A stretch of DNA of 64,000 bases, from positions 32,001 through 96,000 of IMG/VR virus record IMGVR_UViG_3300026549_000030; one strand, given 5' to 3'. The position numbers and the translations under genes are program-made. Of this stretch, positions 59,101-64,000 are shown in pieces (within the stretch, counting starts at the first letter, position 1; the number at the start of each line of letters is the position of its first letter). The notes beneath the pieces are model-generated. The model worked only from the letters and a program-made list of their open reading frames with translations, ran no database searches and had not been told where the DNA came from. This stretch comes from a virus (lineage: Duplodnaviria; Caudoviricetes).

Positions 59101-61395
59101 CTTTTTAAGTAAGTATTCATTTTCTTCTGGAACAATATAATGCCCTATCTTCGGGCCCAGTGTGAAGATAGTATCTTTCGTGAACTTACTATTATTAAGC
59201 GTGTTTATTATTTTGAGAATTGTTTCCTCAGAATTATTTCCGATAATTTCTCCTATATCTTGTTTAAGCTCATTAATAAAATCATTTGACGCGTTTACTA
59301 ATCCTTTTCCTTGTACATTCCAAAAATTCTCAACTTCTGATTCAACTGGAAAATTTACAATACCGTCTTTAAGATATGCCTTAGTAGCCACACAAGCATC
59401 AATAAAACGAACCCATATGAATTTTAAAAGTTCATTTGAGTATTTCTTACCGGCTGGGACTGAGAATTTCTTATATGGATTTTCCTCCTCTAATGCATCA
59501 AGAACAGAAAGGGGCATCCATTCTTCTTTTGTTTCTGTTGTTGGTGTTTCTTCTGACGCTGGCTCCCCATTATTCTGCTGCATTTCTACAATATCACTGT
59601 TTGCCGCATCTATCGCAATGTAAATTCTTTCTATGAAATTAACTTCATCTAATTTACTAAGTTGTGGAATTGAGCCTGGATATCTTCTTACTCTTTCACC
59701 GTTGCTTTCACTATCCTCATAGAATCCCGGGAATGGCGGATACGTATAATTTCCGCCATTTGAATCAATGTCGTCATATATTTTATCAATTCCCTTAAAA
59801 TTACTTCTTTTTCTTTCTGCAGACTTTTTCTTGATATTATCGAGAACTTTATAATACTCGTACATAAAAGCATCGATATGCGCGAACGTCATTCTGATAA
59901 TATTTTCAATACTAGGGGTGAAGCCTAAAAGCTTTTTAGTTAAATCATTCAACTCCTCTGACGATTTTCCGAGCATCCTGCTTATTTCGTTTTCAATTTC
60001 TGAACAGCGCATTAATATGCTATTTCTGAACTCATTATCAAGTTCGACATAATAAACGCGTTTATCAGCATAATCGCTATGCTTTATCGCCTCTTCAATG
60101 TTTGATATTCTTGAATAAAGTTGATGATTTGTATCGACGATATATGTAGTTGTCCCGTCCTCTGCTTTAACACTTGTAACAATTGGATCAAACGTTTCAA
60201 TAGCAGAGCTACCCCATGCCAGTTTATCCGGCTCTTCAAAACCCTTAGGTTTAGATATCGGTGTCTCTGTTGTTTTAACATCTAAATAAGATGTGAAAGA
60301 TTTCTCAAGCTCTTCTATATTTGGTAAAATAAAAGTTTTTGAATTTACAAAATAAATCTTGAAATCAGGTGCAGAAAATATTTTACTATCATTTGAAGAA
60401 TTCTTAGTCTCAATATCTTTTATTATCTCATCATAATCAGATAATATCTTCTTAAGTGCTGAAGCTTCATTTCTAAGGCTTTCAACTTGATTAAGAGAAG
60501 GAAAGCTTTCTCCTTCTTCCCCATATATTTCTTTAAATTTATCAGGCAATTTCTGACAAATCTCAAAAAATTTCTTAAACGTTGGTATTTGACTTCCATC
60601 CTTAAAAAAGAAAGCGCCGCCTTGTGAAGTTTGTGTTCTCCAATATGGACTTACAGTGTCTCCGCCCGCATCAATATACGGAGCAACAAGAAGACAAGAC
60701 ATAGGTATATCGGTATATAAACCGTACATATGCCCAATGAATGAAACTTCTACCTCGAAATTTCCTGTCTGTGAATTAAAACTTGACTGAAAATCATTTA
60801 CCGCAAGCATAAACGTTACCCTGCTTCCGTAAAAACCTTTTACAGATAACGCAAACCTTGGATATGGGAAATGGAATAATGCACTAAAGAACTGTTGGCA
60901 CGCAGCGATTCTCTTAGAAATATCTTTATTGTTAATTGCTTCCTCATTTTCACGATTGAACTCAGCTGGCATCATAAGTGAGGCACCCCTTACGTCAATC
61001 ATTCTCATTTTAACAACCGGATAAAAATGTGAGTCGAATTGTATGTCTATACTCTTTATACCAAGAGCTTCTCTACTTCCGGCGTGGTTTTGCGTTATTT
61101 CTTGATATGAAATGTCAGTATACGAATCAGTGAGATAAGGTTTACCTTTATCTAATTCCGTACCCCTAAAAAATGAAGTCCAATTTGAGTTTTTGTTTAC
61201 AGTAACGTCGATAGAATCGAAAATATTTTCATTATTTCCGTTTCTATCTGGCACAATGACTTGTAAATCAACTGATATATTTAAATCTTCTGGCTTCCAA
61301 TAGACATTATCCCCACTGCCGAATGATGGTCCTATTTGATTTACGAAGTCATTCGGCTCTAAATATACAATGCGCCCCTTGAGAGTTCCTTCCAT
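56101..61395 (-). CDS. Baseplate hub-like protein with a C-terminal CHAP/NlpC-P60-like amidase domain, 1764 aa
   Basis: Hub-like motifs (LGIKSIDI..FFSALFHFPYP.F.L.VKGFYG; YSNRSYECSVDMMGCANIMPLMYFQL..GAY.I..VKH); amidase motif CAQC..GDV..YGHIAIFDG..VSD..Q. Confidence 0.7.
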   Translation of the reverse strand: MEGTLKGRIVYLEPNDFVNQIGPSFGSGDNVYWKPEDLNISVDLQVIVPDRNGNNENIFDSIDVTVNKNSNWTSFFRGTELDKGKPYLTDSYTDISYQEITQNHAGSREALGIKSIDIQFDSHFYPVVKMRMIDVRGASLMMPAEFNRENEEAINNKDISKRIAACQQFFSALFHFPYPRFALSVKGFYGSRVTFMLAVNDFQSSFNSQTGNFEVEVSFIGHMYGLYTDIPMSCLLVAPYIDAGGDTVSPYWRTQTSQGGAFFFKDGSQIPTFKKFFEICQKLPDKFKEIYGEEGESFPSLNQVESLRNEASALKKILSDYDEIIKDIETKNSSNDSKIFSAPDFKIYFVNSKTFILPNIEELEKSFTSYLDVKTTETPISKPKGFEEPDKLAWGSSAIETFDPIVTSVKAEDGTTTYIVDTNHQLYSRISNIEEAIKHSDYADKRVYYVELDNEFRNSILMRCSEIENEISRMLGKSSEELNDLTKKLLGFTPSIENIIRMTFAHIDAFMYEYYKVLDNIKKKSAERKRSNFKGIDKIYDDIDSNGGNYTYPPFPGFYEDSESNGERVRRYPGSIPQLSKLDEVNFIERIYIAIDAANSDIVEMQQNNGEPASEETPTTETKEEWMPLSVLDALEEENPYKKFSVPAGKKYSNELLKFIWVRFIDACVATKAYLKDGIVNFPVESEVENFWNVQGKGLVNASNDFINELKQDIGEIIGNNSEETILKIINTLNNSKFTKDTIFTLGPKIGHYIVPEENEYLLKKMATRPLTYDYSSKWDYKVDKYFLSNIYREDSFDKDNICKQKNINDVRKEWTENAAIENSEHGQYMFPILQFYDSSYFPHDYFSEKEKDTPFNSLINNSTFLASFLGTNNIYRFAKNNSSIRRIPKVFALHIGERVSNGGDDATFIVNNEGYFEIDSSKWIKKDSNGFTVAELKERDKNGGLASFYRKWVSEEGVHYYRKLSNESYKTEFTFNTRYKDFSKKKKGKDTEGELKIPQCATNRLAANQTEYNEYTKKIVDLASSMVTILNVNDANDSIKPPFKNITAFFKLLLERINGAKNSNNVEDTASEGNTDATANAKESGHAKVEAKEQLYYTLKNLYDKWLSCYNRDRFKLNTPEADSEIAYKKNDGQSISGTKVSEVQCFMYVDTFYNDIGSKLLVSPYIVSNMIADMGSRSVIQFISDIAEKSKLLFVALPVFSNMYDAKSIASIFTPQTPYGNNGYEMGWDNARGIGNTYVLMYTHQPSHFSESKRNENTTEYKKDQLSFIEPQLVTLNEAKKPGENYNIPAFGVTFGKQNQLYFKNINVNMANPRETDVSIANAFILADNERKGDSVLAPTTVGQDLYSIYSNRSYECSVDMMGCANIMPLMYFQLNNIPLFNGAYIIYGVKHHIENGSMSTSFTGIRVSQNAIPMNANVIDVEALLTNIRRGESSINNDAANRNTESGGSVGIGESKTSARDENGNSLPDSATFPLTKNPNLPEFSIPKVIEKFNSGIYVPWLSKTVYPYTNVNFAQNNKACAQCTKEAMRAGFSNGEQASKIGTCNGYECATKMDGWDFQKVLEIASNASIVKFKGPFEPGDVCCSTRPGAKYGHIAIFDGTHFVSDSVQVSGVCANGSSGSKTSHYLLYRYKGPIIYPSDYLIISFNISENIEVRISTEGWATDGDIVENGQNIVVKNPNKSDNNCKLYYKAKIKNPGNKDEIKAEVVTYYDKEDKSKKSLSDAIVKPSNKEDKKTNVMVSLCNVKDKLGMKAVISFSIS

Positions 61396-61397
61396 TT

Positions 61398-61724
61398 TTA
61401 CCTATCTTTGTTAATTCCGTAAAGAGATTCCTGTCTGTCTATTTCCTGATTTAAATTTTCTAATGTCTTATCCAATGGATACGGAATTCTAAGAACAGTT
61501 CCGTTTGGTATTTGATATTCTAAGTCGGGCAGTTCTGGGTTAGCCATAAGAATTAACCAATCATATCCAGGATCTCCATAGTAATCATTAGAGAATAAAT
61601 CAAGACGACTACTTCCTCGATTATATATCTCAAAATAGTCTGTTGATTTCGGCCTTATATTAGCCTGAAACGGAACGCATATCTTTCCGTTTACTCTAAA
61701 TCTCGTATATCTATCGTAACTCAT
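61398..61724 (-). CDS. LysM-like baseplate protein (T4 gp53 / P2 gpX-like), 108 aa
   Basis: RLDLFSNDYYGDPGYDWLILMANP..IPNGTVLRIPYP. Confidence 0.8.
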   Translation of the reverse strand: MSYDRYTRFRVNGKICVPFQANIRPKSTDYFEIYNRGSSRLDLFSNDYYGDPGYDWLILMANPELPDLEYQIPNGTVLRIPYPLDKTLENLNQEIDRQESLYGINKDR

Positions 61725-64000
61725 TATTTACCTTCTTCTTCATTAACATTAGTATTTTCAAGCTTAGGTGTCCATAGATGTGTATATGATTCTTTTCCAT
61801 TTTCATCTATGGTAACTCTATCAGCCCTATTATCATAAACACCTGTGTTTGCATAATAGTTAAAGGATACTGCATTCTGTAGCCTACTTATAGGCCCACT
61901 GAGTGATTGTCCTCCAAGGATAACAATTCCCAATGATACAGTAGCGTACATTGGCTGAACTCCTGCACCCTCAGGATTTAAATCCCATTGCATTCCTTCC
62001 TTCTGATAATTTATTGTAAGGTTATTAATTAAAATCCTCGTATTAATAAAATCTCCAAGTCTTAATACACAAACCGGCATTCTTCCGAAGGCAAGGTTTC
62101 CAGCCGGCGTATCATAGTCTTTAATTTTTGATGAGTGTTCAATAGTATGCCCCTGTCTCGTACACTGCTGTAAGAACGTAAGACGTGCATTAAAGCCCTC
62201 GGGTGATATTGAATGAAACGCCGGCGTAAAATATTTAAACCTCTTCTTTAAATTTTCAAACGTGAATGGATCAGTAGTAGACAATTTATCGAAATAATCT
62301 GCCTCTGTTTCGTACCTAAGTTTCTGGTAATCAACATTTTTAATAAGCGCAACCTCTTCCTTTGTTGGTTTCTTGGGTGCTTCTTGTTCTTCTACTTTTC
62401 TATCTCTCTTTACGCTAACCATTCCCGTTTCCGTAATTATACCTTGCGGGTCTTCTGCATACATACTATCTACAATTGCTTCCTTATTTTCAGAAATCGT
62501 CGAAGATAGTCCATTCGTCTCGTCGTTATTAGCCTCAGATAGTTTTGTGATTTCAGCGGCATTATATTCAATTTCAACAACCGCATATCTTTGCGACTTT
62601 GCGTCTATTGTATTGACATCTGTCATGTCTTTCAGTTTTGGGATTTCAATTATCTCCCTATCTGAAATTTTTACACCTTCTTCATTTTCTGTGTTATCTA
62701 TAAGTGCGTTCTGTAATAATGTGCTTATAGAACTTGCACGACGGCGGGCAAGCATAACATCATTTGATACCGTACAACCACTTCTAACTTTTGAATCTTG
62801 TTTGGTTGCAGCACCCTTAACTGTCATGCTGTATATTTTTGAGTTAAAAACTTTCCTTAGTTCTTCAACGCGTTCCATATCCAAGTTACAGTGTGCCGCA
62901 ATTCCGTTGGCATTCTTTTCTTCATCGCTAAGTTGATTGTTTAACATTAACGCAACAATTACTTCTGCAAATGAGTTCGTTGCTCCAACTGATACAGCCT
63001 CATTAACTTGGCTATTTAGTTTGAAAGATGCATTGTCAATATAGTTTTTCTGATAAACAAGCGGTTGCCTTAAATCAAAGTCAACACGATAGTTATACGG
63101 TCCACCTGAAACCGTTTCTGTTCTTAATTGCCATTGACTACAATCTTTAGAATATGGATTTGGATTTATTGTTGTTCCTTCCTTGGCTTCTCCTAATGGA
63201 TGTTGGCTCGTTTCGTATCCATTCCATACTCCATACATATCAACGCCCGTTCCGTTGCCCATGAGAAGATAGTAATACCAATCTTCATCAGAATTTCCTA
63301 GTACTGTCCATTCGTTTTCAGAGATTTTTTTACTATTTCCTGAATAGTTGTTAGGATAATAAACATAAAATTTCAAAAGTTTTGTCGTCTCTTCTGAAGG
63401 TACTTGTTTTCCCTCATCACTATTATTATCTTTTTCCTCTCCCTTCTCAATACTAACATCTTCCGTCATCCAATCCTCGAGCGTTCCGCAACCGGCAAAA
63501 TACCTAAGTATTGCCTGATAATCTTCTTTTTCGCTATTATATTTTGTCTTATTTTTTATTGCGTCAATCACACCCGGATGGTCAATAAGAAGCGTGAACG
63601 AAAGTGTTCCTGTTCTTGTTGTATTCTTGTAAGTATACACCTTTTCACCTCTTCCAATGAAGTCATTTGGATCCCAATCAACTGTAACATTCTCTTGAAA
63701 ATCTAAGTCATATGGAGGAAACCACATAATTCTTCCGCCATTAGGACCGCGCTGCTCAGGTGCTAGATTTGAATCATTCTTTAAAACGTCCTTCCATGCA
63801 AGATTTTCGATTGAGAACATACATTTCTTAATAGCGACTGTATTATTCACATCATTTGAAGGAACTATGTTTACAAATCCGCTATTTGCAAGCACTGTGT
63901 TCTCAGCTAGATACTTACCACCGTCCAATGTGTCGTTTTTTGAAGTTAATGAAGAGTGTGCTCGAATATCTTTGTTCATAAATTGAACATTCTCAATACT
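61724..64000 (-). CDS. Tail-tube-initiator / baseplate protein, probably 5'-truncated by the window edge
   Basis: Frame has no stop between 63979 and 64000; WDPNDFIGRGEKVYTYKNTTRTGTLSF..PVCVLRLGDF..LTINY..WD..QPMYATV is a tube-initiator-like signature. Confidence 0.65.
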   Translation of the reverse strand, partial: SIENVQFMNKDIRAHSSLTSKNDTLDGGKYLAENTVLANSGFVNIVPSNDVNNTVAIKKCMFSIENLAWKDVLKNDSNLAPEQRGPNGGRIMWFPPYDLDFQENVTVDWDPNDFIGRGEKVYTYKNTTRTGTLSFTLLIDHPGVIDAIKNKTKYNSEKEDYQAILRYFAGCGTLEDWMTEDVSIEKGEEKDNNSDEGKQVPSEETTKLLKFYVYYPNNYSGNSKKISENEWTVLGNSDEDWYYYLLMGNGTGVDMYGVWNGYETSQHPLGEAKEGTTINPNPYSKDCSQWQLRTETVSGGPYNYRVDFDLRQPLVYQKNYIDNASFKLNSQVNEAVSVGATNSFAEVIVALMLNNQLSDEEKNANGIAAHCNLDMERVEELRKVFNSKIYSMTVKGAATKQDSKVRSGCTVSNDVMLARRRASSISTLLQNALIDNTENEEGVKISDREIIEIPKLKDMTDVNTIDAKSQRYAVVEIEYNAAEITKLSEANNDETNGLSSTISENKEAIVDSMYAEDPQGIITETGMVSVKRDRKVEEQEAPKKPTKEEVALIKNVDYQKLRYETEADYFDKLSTTDPFTFENLKKRFKYFTPAFHSISPEGFNARLTFLQQCTRQGHTIEHSSKIKDYDTPAGNLAFGRMPVCVLRLGDFINTRILINNLTINYQKEGMQWDLNPEGAGVQPMYATVSLGIVILGGQSLSGPISRLQNAVSFNYYANTGVYDNRADRVTIDENGKESYTHLWTPKLENTNVNEEEGK

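Noticed and set aside
1-64000. CRISPR array, tRNA or rRNA genes, or a second VR
   Set aside because: No repeat-spacer periodicity, cloverleaf or further TR-like copy seen by eye; tRNAscan-SE, Infernal and a self-alignment would be needed to exclude them fully

Overview
A 64-kb segment of a large contractile-tailed (myovirus-like) dsDNA phage, most likely infecting Bacteroidales. The host inference rests on BACON domains, TAnnTTTG promoters, a Bacteroidetes-type TonB-dependent receptor and a Bacteroidetes-type DGR target. Almost all genes are on the minus strand and read in the standard genetic code. Left (1-25.6 kb): a tail/baseplate module, including a >2000-aa repeat-rich fibre gene that runs off the window and is missing from the ORF track. 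25.7-29.6 kb: the only plus-strand island, with metK, a small PD-(D/E)xK-like nuclease and a fused two-domain M.FokI-like adenine methyltransferase. 29.6-50 kb: nucleotide metabolism and replication genes (nrdD/nrdG, helicase, 5'-3' exonuclease, RecA/UvsX, ClpP, TK, SSB), interrupted by three free-standing endonucleases, a lone tail-tube gene and an intact 1101-aa Oar-like TonB-dependent receptor with its own promoter and terminator. 50-54 kb: a complete diversity-generating retroelement (target-VR-hairpin-avd-TR-RT) whose 186-bp TR/VR pair differs at 12 positions, all template adenines. Right end: baseplate hub/lysin and tube-initiator-like genes. Protein calls come from motifs recognised by eye, not database searches.
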